A stretch of DNA of 63,161 bases, the filler included. It is 8 parts of 8 records of this genome, joined end to end, with 100 filler letters (N's around TTAATTAATTAA, not from the genome) between each part and the next. Parts side by side here need not be neighbours in the genome. Positions count along the whole stretch, not along the records: positions 1 to 6,733 come from SRR31156797_26258; positions 6,834 to 12,132 come from SRR31156797_26265; 6 more parts are not named here. One strand, given 5' to 3'. Shown here piece after piece: positions 1 through 9,166 of the stretch. The position numbers and the translations under genes are program-made. The notes beneath the pieces are model-generated. The model was not told the DNA's origin. It worked only from the letters and a program-made list of their open reading frames with translations, and made no database searches. Positions within the stretch are counted from its first letter, which is position 1; the number at the start of each line of letters is the position of its first letter.

Positions 1-1532
1 ATGGACACTTCCGGCAGGCGGTTGTTCTCCTTTATGATGATGCGCATGCCGTTTTTGAGGGTGTGAATTTCAGCTGCCCCTTCTACCCGGACAGACATTT
101 TTTCCTGAGGTAATGCATTATAAGGGGTGCCTTTGAAAAAAGACATCACCACCTCTTTTTCAAGATTGATTTTCTCCCCTTCCGGCGCCATAAGGCCGAT
201 GGAAAGGTTTTCCGGCCGCAGATAGGCCTGTGAAACACGCAGGATATCTTCGGCGGTCACCTGTTTGATTTTCGACAGATATGCGTCCGCATTGTACATG
301 TCGCCGGTCATGGTCTGAAAAAACCCGAGCGTCTTGGCCTGTCCCGCCATGTCTTCCATGGCAAAAACAAATGAGGCGTAGGCCAGGGTTTTCGCCTTAC
401 TGAGTTCAGAAGGGGTCACCGGGGTTTGGGTCACCGTAAATATTTCCTTCCCGATGGCGGCAAGGACCGGGTCGAGGTTTTTCGGATGGAGGGTCGCATC
501 CACGGAGAAAAGGCTGGGATCCGCCAGCGCATAGGCCCCGGCACTCACATGGTAGACCAGATTGCCTTCCATTTTGAGCCCCCGGTAAAGCCGTGAACTT
601 TTGCCCTGTCCCAGGATAACTTCCAGTATGTCCAAGGCGTAAATGTCTTCATGGGTTATGGGGGGGATGTGCCAGCACAAATCCAGGTAAACCTGTTGGA
701 CTCGGGCATTCTTAATGGTTTTTCGTAGTTCGGTTTGAGCCGGTTCCACGGGTCTGGATGGTTTGGCACCGGTTCTTTGTGGAAAATGCTGAACCAGCTT
801 CTTGATGGATTCAAGGGCCTTTGCTGCTTCAAAATCCCCCACCGCAACCACGACCATGTTTCGGGGGGTGTACCATTTGTCCATATACTTCAGTATCATT
901 TCCCGGTCAAAGGACCGGATGGTTTTTTCATAACCGATGATGGGCCTGCCATAGGGGTGTTTCCGGTAACTCAACGCCATCATGGCCCAGCTGAGCTGGT
1001 TTTCAGGGATATCCAGGGAACGTCGATACTCTTCAAGGACCACCTCTTTTTCTTTTTTCAATTCCTCCGGATCAAAAAGGGAGTGCTGAACAGCGTCGAG
1101 CAAAACATCCAGCGCCGTATCAAATCGGGCACTGTCAATTTCAACATAATAAACCGTGCGATCAAAAGAGGTATAGGCGTTGATTCGACCGCCTGACGTC
1201 TCGATGGTTCGCGCAATTTCACCGGTATTCCTGGTGGGTGTACCCTTGAAAATCATATGTTCGATCTGATGGGTCAGACCTGCCTCTTCAGCCGTTTCAT
1301 TGGCACTTCCCGTCTTAACCCAGACTTGCACGGCGGCCACGGGAGCACTGTGGTCTTCTTTAAGGATGACGGTGAGGCCGTTGTTGAGGATGAATCTCTT
1401 TGCGCCTTCGGTGACGGACGCGGCATGGCCGAAACCGACCGGAAAAATGCTGAAGAGAGCCGCAATGATACAGAAATACAGGACCGGCTCAATGTGTTTT
1501 AAAGACCTTCCGATTTTTTTAAAGACTTTCAA
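1..1532 (-). CDS. M16 family zinc peptidase (pitrilysin/PqqL-like), 3' end runs off the window
   Basis: Not in the ORF track. Manual translation from TTG 1532 (GGAGG upstream) gives a signal-like N-terminus, then LNNGLTVILKEDHSAPVAAVQVWVKTGSANE, the inverted zinc motif HQIEH and NAYTSFDRTVY. A second M16 domain begins near the window edge (HTLKNGMRIIIKEN). Confidence 0.92.
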   Translation of the reverse strand, partial: MKVFKKIGRSLKHIEPVLYFCIIAALFSIFPVGFGHAASVTEGAKRFILNNGLTVILKEDHSAPVAAVQVWVKTGSANETAEEAGLTHQIEHMIFKGTPTRNTGEIARTIETSGGRINAYTSFDRTVYYVEIDSARFDTALDVLLDAVQHSLFDPEELKKEKEVVLEEYRRSLDIPENQLSWAMMALSYRKHPYGRPIIGYEKTIRSFDREMILKYMDKWYTPRNMVVVAVGDFEAAKALESIKKLVQHFPQRTGAKPSRPVEPAQTELRKTIKNARVQQVYLDLCWHIPPITHEDIYALDILEVILGQGKSSRLYRGLKMEGNLVYHVSAGAYALADPSLFSVDATLHPKNLDPVLAAIGKEIFTVTQTPVTPSELSKAKTLAYASFVFAMEDMAGQAKTLGFFQTMTGDMYNADAYLSKIKQVTAEDILRVSQAYLRPENLSIGLMAPEGEKINLEKEVVMSFFKGTPYNALPQEKMSVRVEGAAEIHTLKNGMRIIIKENNRLPEVS

Positions 1533-1556
1533 TGGATTACCCCTCCCGAAAATTAT

Positions 1557-1608
1557 ACCTTATATATTGTACGTTTTTTCTTGACATACAACATATTGTG
1601 TCTAAAAT
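1557..1608 (+). promoter_or_regulatory. sigma70-like promoter of nrdJ overlapped by tandem NrdR boxes
   Basis: TTGACA (1581-1586), 16 nt, TAAAAT (1603-1608). ATACAACATATTGTGT (1586-1601) matches the NrdR consensus ACACWATATATWGTGT at 14/16. A weaker box, ACCTTATATATTGTAC (1557-1572), matches 12/16. Confidence 0.8.
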
Positions 1609-1730
1609 AGAAACCCTCTGGAAATCAGGTGCGTCAACTCCTTCTTTTCCAATCCTATGTCATGCACACTACGGAAACAAGTACCGCGAACGGCAATGCA
1701 CCAAAGTTAAATATGAACAGGAGAATGTCC

Positions 1731-4223
1731 ATGGGTCAGCAAAGCAAAATTGTCTTTACCGAAGGAGAAGCTTTTGATCTGGGTTCTTACAGCTGGGACG
1801 ACCACCGATTTTCCGATCTTCTGGTCAAGGAAAATGCCATTAACCCGGATCAGGCCATGGACGTCAGCCGGTTTCTCAGAAAAGAAATCGCCAAACTGGA
1901 ACTTCAGACCATCACCACACCCATCATGGAACATATGATCGAAGCCAAACTGCGTGATTTCGGGCTTTCCAAAACGTCGCCTGTACGATTGGACAAGTCT
2001 TTTTTCATCAAGCGGGGGCTCGATTTATCGGACAACGCAGTTCGGGTTCTGGAAAGGCGATATCTTAAACGGGACCGGGAAGGACGGATCATTGAAAGCC
2101 CGGAACAGATGTTTGCCCGCGTGGCCTACCATATCGCCCAAGCGGAAAAGCGTTACGGTGGTGAAAAACGGATCAAGGAGGTTGAAGCCTCTTTTTACCG
2201 GCTAATGACTGAATTCAAATTTTTGCCCAACTCCCCCACCCTCATGAACGCGGGCCGAGAACTGGGGCAACTGGCGGCCTGTTTTGTGCTTCCCATTGAA
2301 GACAGTATGGACGGCATTTTTGATTCCCTCAAAAGCGCAGCCCTCATCCATAAGTCCGGCGGGGGCACCGGATTCTCTTTTTCCCGTTTAAGGCCCAAAA
2401 AAAGCCGAGTGGGCACCACCGGCGGCGTTGCTTCAGGGCCGGTCTCCTTCATGAAGATTTTTAATACCGCCACGGAACAGGTCAAACAGGGCGGGACCCG
2501 AAGGGGTGCCAACATGGCCATTTTAAGGGTTGATCACCCGGATATTTTGGAATTCATCCACTGCAAAGAGAACAATGAAGAACTGAACAATTTCAATATT
2601 TCCGTGGGGGTCACCGACGCTTTCATGGAAAGCGTCAAGGCGGATAAGGGCTATGACCTTATTAACCCCCGGGATGGCAGGAAAACAGGCCAATTGAACG
2701 CAAAAGAAGTCTATGGTGCCCTTATCCAGCGGGCCTGGGAAAACGGGGATCCGGGCATCGTGTTCCTGGATAAGGTAAACCAGGACAATCCCACACCGGG
2801 CCTAGGCGAGATCGAAAGCACGAACCCCTGTGGCGAACAGCCGCTTCTGCCCATGGAGGCATGTAATTTGGGCTCCATCAACCTGGCCCGGTTCGCCATT
2901 GAAACCGATGAAGGGCCGGCTGTTGATTACACCGGACTCAAGGAGGTGGTATGGGAGAGCGTTCATTTTCTGGACAATACCATCGACATGAGTCAGTATC
3001 CCCTGCCTGAAATCGGCGACATGGTAAGGGGGAATCGCAAAATCGGACTGGGGGTCATGGGGTTTGCGGATCTGCTGTACCAGCTGGAAATCCCCTATGA
3101 TTCCGAAAAAGCCATTGAAACGGCCGAGGAAGTCATGGCCTTTATCCAAAAAGAATCCCACCGGGCATCCCGGCAGCTTGCGGAAGAGCGGGGCGTTTTC
3201 GGAAATTTTGACAAGAGTATTTTCAAGGGGCGAAAAAAATGCTCCTATCGGAACGCCACAACAACAACCATTGCCCCCACCGGAACATTGAGTATCATCG
3301 CCGGATGTTCCAGCGGTATCGAACCGCTGTTCGCCCTTAGTTTTGCCAGAAACGTGATGGATAATGATCGACTGGTGGAAACCAATCCCCACTTTGAAAA
3401 AAGGGCAAAAGAAAAAGGGTATTTCAGTGCGGAATTGATGGATGTGGTCGCACAAAAGGGGACCATCGGAGGGATTAAAGAGATTCCCGAAGAAGACCGG
3501 ACCGTTTTCGTAACAGCCCATGACATCGTGCCCGAATGGCATCTCCGCATGCAGGCGGCCTTTCAAAAACATACGGACAATGCGGTGAGCAAAACCGTCA
3601 ACCTGCCTCGGGATGCAACGGTTGACGATGTCAGAGAAGTCTATGATCTGGCTTATGCGCTGTCATGCAAGGGCGTTACCATATACCGGGACGGCAGCAA
3701 GGAAAACCAGGTCCTCTCATTTACGGACAAGGAGAAGCAGCCCCATGGCCGATTCATGACCGCCGTGGAGGAAAGGCCCGAAACCCTTCTGGGTTTTACC
3801 ACCAAAATGACCACGGGCTATGGCGCACTCTATGTGACGGTGACCGAATTTGAAGACCGGCCCTTTGAAGTATTTGCCACCATCGGAAAATCAGGCCGAT
3901 CCACCACCGCCAAGACCGAAGCCATCGGCAGGCTGGTTTCTCTGGCGCTCCGGTCCGGAGTTCGGGTGGAGAAAATCGTGGAACAACTGAAAGGCATCGG
4001 CGGAGAGCACCCCATTTTCCAGAAGGACGGCCTTGTTCTATCGATCCCCGATGCCATCAGCCGGGTGCTGGAGAAACGGTACATGCAGGATCAGCCGGCC
4101 CCCAGACGGGGTAAAAATGAAAAAAGCCTTCTGGGGGAGACCTGCCCCGAATGCGGTGAGACCATCAGTTTTGAAGAAGGGTGCATAACCTGTCACTTCT
4201 GCGGGTTTACCAAGTGCGGTTGA
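1731..4223 (+). CDS. nrdJ: Class II (adenosylcobalamin-dependent) ribonucleotide reductase with degenerate N-terminal ATP cone, C-terminal TSCPD domain and Zn ribbon
   Basis: Motifs PNSPTLMNAG, LAACFV, GGTRRGANM, TNPCGEQPL, EACNLGSINL, TIAPTGT and a C-terminal CPECG...CHFCG. Start chosen at ATG 1731, 7 nt after AGGAG; the ORF track start is 1629. Confidence 0.95.
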   Translation: MGQQSKIVFTEGEAFDLGSYSWDDHRFSDLLVKENAINPDQAMDVSRFLRKEIAKLELQTITTPIMEHMIEAKLRDFGLSKTSPVRLDKSFFIKRGLDLSDNAVRVLERRYLKRDREGRIIESPEQMFARVAYHIAQAEKRYGGEKRIKEVEASFYRLMTEFKFLPNSPTLMNAGRELGQLAACFVLPIEDSMDGIFDSLKSAALIHKSGGGTGFSFSRLRPKKSRVGTTGGVASGPVSFMKIFNTATEQVKQGGTRRGANMAILRVDHPDILEFIHCKENNEELNNFNISVGVTDAFMESVKADKGYDLINPRDGRKTGQLNAKEVYGALIQRAWENGDPGIVFLDKVNQDNPTPGLGEIESTNPCGEQPLLPMEACNLGSINLARFAIETDEGPAVDYTGLKEVVWESVHFLDNTIDMSQYPLPEIGDMVRGNRKIGLGVMGFADLLYQLEIPYDSEKAIETAEEVMAFIQKESHRASRQLAEERGVFGNFDKSIFKGRKKCSYRNATTTTIAPTGTLSIIAGCSSGIEPLFALSFARNVMDNDRLVETNPHFEKRAKEKGYFSAELMDVVAQKGTIGGIKEIPEEDRTVFVTAHDIVPEWHLRMQAAFQKHTDNAVSKTVNLPRDATVDDVREVYDLAYALSCKGVTIYRDGSKENQVLSFTDKEKQPHGRFMTAVEERPETLLGFTTKMTTGYGALYVTVTEFEDRPFEVFATIGKSGRSTTAKTEAIGRLVSLALRSGVRVEKIVEQLKGIGGEHPIFQKDGLVLSIPDAISRVLEKRYMQDQPAPRRGKNEKSLLGETCPECGETISFEEGCITCHFCGFTKCG

Positions 4224-4709
4224 CGGGTATACGGCATAAGCATTAAATAACAGGTGTTTCAATGCTTTACAAAAAACCTTGCACCTTAACCTGAGGCGAG
4301 CTACGCCCACAACCAAAAATTTGAAAAGCACCGGAATATCTTAAAATATTGGTGAGCTGATTCTTTTGGGTATGCTGAATAAAGCAAGACATATTTGGGC
4401 GTGAGATACGAAAACGATATCTCGGTTTTCTCAATCTTCCCGTCTTAGGGATATCACAGACTTTTTGACCTATTGATAGGTTTGATTTTTAACAAGCTAC
4501 AATGACCTTTCCGCTAGTCAAACTAATTCAAAATACCTTTTTTAATTTTGTGTTACATTTTATTTGAGGAATCTCTACACTTTACCCTGACCTTCTTTTC
4601 CCTCTTACGAATTCCATTGCTATTAGAAAAAATGTCAGGGCTTCCGAATAATGCAAGATTTTTTGAGCCGGAGCCCTCTCATATGACGCCTTTATATGGT
4701 CTCAGGCTG

Positions 4710-4727
4710 ACCACAAGATCTTGTGGT
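4710..4727. promoter_or_regulatory. Perfect 18-bp palindrome resembling an NrdR box
   Basis: ACCACAAGATCTTGTGGT in the long intergenic region downstream of nrdJ. Confidence 0.5.
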
Positions 4728-5143
4728 GGCAAGTCGCAAGGATTTTTTCCAGATATTGTCAAGTTATGTTGCGGGGTTGGTTATGTTGTGTGATTTGATT
4801 ACTTCCTTTTGATTCCCCAAATTCCTTTTTATGGTTTGGTTGGACAGTCTGTATAGGGTCCATTTAATCAGGCACCCTTCACGGGAAGGTGCGGAAAGCG
4901 AAAAATTATTATGTTGCCGGCTGGAAGAGCTTGCCGTTCAAATTATGTCAAAAACCCCTGTCTTTATAAAATATTTTGGAAATCTCGGAGCGACAGCGAA
5001 AATTTCAATGTTTTCAGGCAGATGAAAAAAACCCGCAACATAAGTAAAAATATGTCATTTGGATGCCGCGTCATAATTGAACAGAACCTTTGCCGTGATT
5101 ATCGTATTTGGACTCAGGTTCCCCAATGTGATAGAATGCAAAT

Positions 5144-5899
5144 ATGAAACTACATCCCCCCAGAGACAAAATGAAAAGATTCGAGGATGTGCCATTCTGC
5201 GTTCTCGTAAAAGATGACAGGGAACTTTCTGCTCTCCGCGCCGAATACGCTTCAGCTAGCGCGAATGAACGGCGCAAGGCAGCTGATTGGGAATACCATT
5301 CTCAGATTTCGGTTGATATCGTAAACAATGCATTAGCGAAGAGTGCTCAATCCGGCCTCGAAACTTCAGCTTGGCCGCCCGGAATTACCCCCCTTGCAAT
5401 AGATCCATTGTATGGCCCTGCCATCCTGACAGTCGGTTCCATCGAATATCAGATCGGGCGTATTGACGAAGCGATGAAGCTTTTCCTCACCCTTACAACG
5501 TTGCCAAAGGATGAGGAAGACCTGGCGACTATCATAGACAAGGCGGGCGATTTTCTGATTGAGCAAGAAGATTACGAGAATGCCCTTGTCCTCTATTCTG
5601 CCGCTGAAAAAGCCTTTCCGGATGAAGTGGTATATCTCATTGGATCAGGATATTGCCTTGGACAGCTTGGCCCCTATGAGGACTCTGTAGAGAAACACAG
5701 GCTTGCAGATGCCTTGGAACCGGACAACTACAAGCACCTAAATAATCTGGGGTACTCATTGTTTGAGGCAGGAAGGTTCGACGAAGCCAAAGAAATTTTA
5801 GAGAAGTCAATTTCCCTTGCTCCCCCGGATTATGAATTTCCACGTAACAATTTAGCCGAATTGCAGAAACGAAGGGCGGAAGAAGAAATCACCGACTGA
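5144..5899 (+). CDS. Tetratricopeptide-repeat protein
   Basis: TPR-like repeats (e.g. YKHLNNLGYSLFEAGRFDEAKEILEKSISLAP). The real start may be ATG 5171. Confidence 0.85.
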   Translation: MKLHPPRDKMKRFEDVPFCVLVKDDRELSALRAEYASASANERRKAADWEYHSQISVDIVNNALAKSAQSGLETSAWPPGITPLAIDPLYGPAILTVGSIEYQIGRIDEAMKLFLTLTTLPKDEEDLATIIDKAGDFLIEQEDYENALVLYSAAEKAFPDEVVYLIGSGYCLGQLGPYEDSVEKHRLADALEPDNYKHLNNLGYSLFEAGRFDEAKEILEKSISLAPPDYEFPRNNLAELQKRRAEEEITD

Positions 5900-5912
5900 T
5901 GGCGGAGCTGCA

Positions 5913-5999
5913 ATGAACAAAGTGAGTAAGATTATCTTTCTGATTATTCTGGCTTTTTTCATCTTAGCCTATGTCTTTCGTCAGCTTTCCTGGAATTAA
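5913..5999 (+). CDS. Putative 28-aa single-pass membrane protein
   Basis: ATG 5913 preceded by GGAG; translates as MNKVSKIIFLIILAFFILAYVFRQLSWN*. Confidence 0.45.
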   Translation: MNKVSKIIFLIILAFFILAYVFRQLSWN

Positions 6000-6083
6000 G
6001 CGGATATTTCATTACGGCGGGATTTTTCGGACCGTGAAGCACGGTTAATTTCAAAATTTGGATATTATCTTGGAGGCTATTCC

Positions 6084-6733
6084 ATGGGCGAAACCTCTGA
6101 TAAAAATTCATGGCCTGGTGATCCGAGATTGGATCATGATCCCGGCATTAAGGATCCTGTTCTGCTGCCGTGTTTGCTGCCGGAATACAAATACCAGCTC
6201 GACCCCTATATTGGATGCGGACATCAGTGCCTCTATTGCTATGCGCTATGCCGCCAAAATGGGGGTTGGATGAATGACGTTCGATCATACAAAAACCTCT
6301 CGGAACGCCTTGCCGACCATTTGTCGCAGTTGGAACCGCAACCGATCTATATGGGGTGGTATTCTGATCCCTATCAACCCCTTGAGGCTGAAAGGTGCCA
6401 AACTCGAGAATCCCTTCAGGTTCTATTGTATGCAGGTTTTTCGGCATGTATCCTCACCAAGTCGGATCTTGTGGTCCGTGATGTTGATTTACTTTTACCC
6501 ATGCCGGAGGTATCTGTCGGCATTTCTCTGGGATTCTCTGACGATTCCCTCAGATGCCTGCTTGAACTGGGAACACCCCCCAACCATAATCGAATAACGG
6601 CTCTAAAGACGCTCAAGGAAGCCGGCATCAGCACATACGCACTCATATGCCCAATTCTACCGTTTTTAACGGACATCCCAATGCTGCTAGAGTCACTTCA
6701 TGGCGCCGTCGACAGCGTGTGGCTATATCCCTT
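6084..6733 (+). CDS. Radical SAM protein (SplB/Rv2578c-like), truncated by the linker
   Basis: LDPYIGCGHQCLYCYA (CxxxCxxC), SDPYQPLE and ILTKSDLVVRD. Confidence 0.88.
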
Positions 6734-6833
6734 NNNNNNNNNNNNNNNNNNNNNNNNNNNNNNNNNNNNNNNNNNNNTTAATTAATTAANNNNNNNNNNN
6801 NNNNNNNNNNNNNNNNNNNNNNNNNNNNNNNNN
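6734..6833. other. Artificial contig linker
   Basis: N-run, TTAATTAATTAA (stops in all six frames), N-run; 100 nt. Confidence 0.98.
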
Positions 6834-8249
6834 ATCACCTTCGCCGGGATTTACAAAGCCCATGCTTACTTTATCTGAAGTTGTCTTAAAAATTTCATAG
6901 ACCTGATCTTTTGTGAGTTCCGGATTTGCATAAAGCACAAGTCCTGTGATGCCCGCAGCAAGAGGGCATGCAGAAGAAGTTCCACCGAATTCACTTACAT
7001 ATTTCCCACTTTCATCACCAGCCAGCTGTCCGGGAACATATCCACCACTAGTGTTATCTGTTGACCAGATGCCGTCAATGTACGCGCCACCGGCCCATCC
7101 GTCTCCACCTGAACTGTCTGTGTCGTTACTTGGAGCAACAAAATCCAAAGATGGCCCAAAATCAGAATAACTGCATCTTTTTCCAGCAGCATTTGTTCCA
7201 CCGATGCCAAAAACATCAGGGTTGCTTGCAAAACCGTCGCCTTCTATTGACTCATTTCCATTTCCAGCTGCAAAAAGAATTATTATTCCCTTTCCGTCAC
7301 GACCTTGAGTGGTTAGGTTTTTAACAAGATCCTTGAGAGGCTGTCCCATATCAACTGCTCCGCCATTATCCGGAGGTCCCCAACTATTAGATATAATATG
7401 AGCTCCCTGATCTGCAGCCCATGTAAATGTTTCAATTGCTCCCTGATCAAGTGAACTCAGGCCCGTCATTTTCATTCTGATCGGAATAAGATCACAATCC
7501 GGACATGCACCTGCAACTCCGATACCATTATTTGTTGAAGCTCCGGCAACTCCGGCGCAACATGTTCCGTGAGCACCCTGAGGTCCCGGATAAGGAAGAT
7601 CATCACCATCATCAAAGTCTTTTCCTGCAAGAAATCTTCCAGCGAGATCTTCATGATCAAGATCAAAACCGTCATCAATTACTGCAAGCTTAACACCTTC
7701 ACCTTTGCCGGTTTTAAATCCTTCAAGCACGTTCCATGCTGAAAGAACGTGGGCATGATCATTTCCGCTATATCCAAGAGCTGCGCCATCTTCATTGTTA
7801 AGATGCCACTGATTTGGAAAATATTGATCATTAGGGCTGTATCCTTTTAACTCTATCGGATGATAAAAACTTGGTTCAGCCTGCTTAACAATGCCTTTTT
7901 CAACAAGCTCAGCCGATTTTGAGATCGTATCACCTGAGTATTCTACAAGAAGCCACTCGGGAATATATTTATACTGTTTAACAAGCTTTAAGTCTCTGTC
8001 TTTGCACCATTTTTGTGCTGCTGTCGGAGTTATTTTACCAGAAATCTTAACAAACATTCTCTGATTTGAATAAAGCTTCACACCGGACTTGTTCACAAAA
8101 GATCTATGAATTTTTCCTGTGATCTTCAGCAATTCCTGACTTCCCTTTTTTAAAGTCACTTTTTTCCCGTTACTGAAATAATACACATCACTTCCAAACA
8201 TAACTGTCGGGATCAGCATGAGAAACATTAAAACTAAATTTCTTAGCAT
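6834..8249 (-). CDS. S8 (subtilisin/kexin-like) serine peptidase, secreted, 3' truncated
   Basis: Catalytic motifs AVIDDG, AHGTCCAG and FGGTSSACP; oxyanion FAAGN; signal peptide. Start at ATG 8249 after AGGAG. Confidence 0.93.
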
Positions 8250-8326
8250 CTTCACTCTCCTATTTTTCACAAAACAACTTTTATTATTTAAGCAAATATT
8301 TATCCAGAGCTAAATATCAAATATTA

Positions 8327-9022
8327 TCAATCTCTTGCGCCAAAGAGTAGCGAACCGATCCGCACCATGGTTGAGCCTTCTTCAATAGCAGTATCAAAGT
8401 CACCTGACATTCCCATGGAAAGCTCTTTAAATATCATTGGATCCGCGTCTGTATTTTCAATAATATTTCGTCTTAACTCAAAAAGTTTGCGGTGATATGG
8501 CTTTAATTCTTCTGAAGTTAGGAACGGTGGAATACTCATCAGTCCACGAAGTCTAATTTTATCCAGTTTAAGAATTTCATTTACAAGCTCTTCAAGATCA
8601 TCAGGCACCACGCCACTTTTTTGAGGTTCCTCTCCGATATTTACCTGAATGAGAATGTTCACAAAAGGCAGATCAAATTTTTGCGCCTGTTTTTGGATCT
8701 CACTTGCTAGAGAGATCTTATCAACCGTGTGGATCATAAAAACTTTATCAATTATGTATTTAACCTTATTTCTTTGAAGATGACCGATAAAATGCCAACG
8801 CAGATCCTCTTTCTTTAAAGTTTCAAATTTCTCAACAAATTCCTGCACATAGTTCTCACCAAAATCAACAACTCCAGCTCTTCTGAACCTGAGAATATCT
8901 TCAGCCGGCTTTCTCTTTGAAACAGCGATAAGTTTTATATTCTGTGCTTCTCTTCCTGAAATTTCAGCAGCAACACCTATAGCTTCATAAACCTTTTTGA
9001 GTAGCTCTATCTTTTCACGCAT
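8327..9022 (-). CDS. yggS: PLP homeostasis protein YggS
   Basis: LIAVSK, FGENYVQE, WHFIGHLQRNKVK, LSMGMSGDF and VRIGS. Start ATG 9022 after GGAG. Confidence 0.96.
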   Translation of the reverse strand: MREKIELLKKVYEAIGVAAEISGREAQNIKLIAVSKRKPAEDILRFRRAGVVDFGENYVQEFVEKFETLKKEDLRWHFIGHLQRNKVKYIIDKVFMIHTVDKISLASEIQKQAQKFDLPFVNILIQVNIGEEPQKSGVVPDDLEELVNEILKLDKIRLRGLMSIPPFLTSEELKPYHRKLFELRRNIIENTDADPMIFKELSMGMSGDFDTAIEEGSTMVRIGSLLFGARD

Positions 9023-9166
9023 AACAAATCTCCAAAATATATTTCGATGGATTATAAGACGGTGCAGTAAAACTGTCAAATACTGAAATATTAACTATTA
9101 ACTCATGCACTTTTAACAAGTCAGAGCTAGAGAGTTCTGACATTTTATTTATGTGCGAGGAAAAAA

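Noticed and set aside
1615-1730. Cobalamin riboswitch upstream of nrdJ (GGAAATCAGGTG...AACTCC)
   Set aside because: Only a fragmentary resemblance; the CCCGCxACTGT and AGxCAGxAxACC elements are missing.
1731-4223. Intein or intron in nrdJ
   Set aside because: Conserved motifs are contiguous, with no splice-junction or homing-endonuclease motifs.
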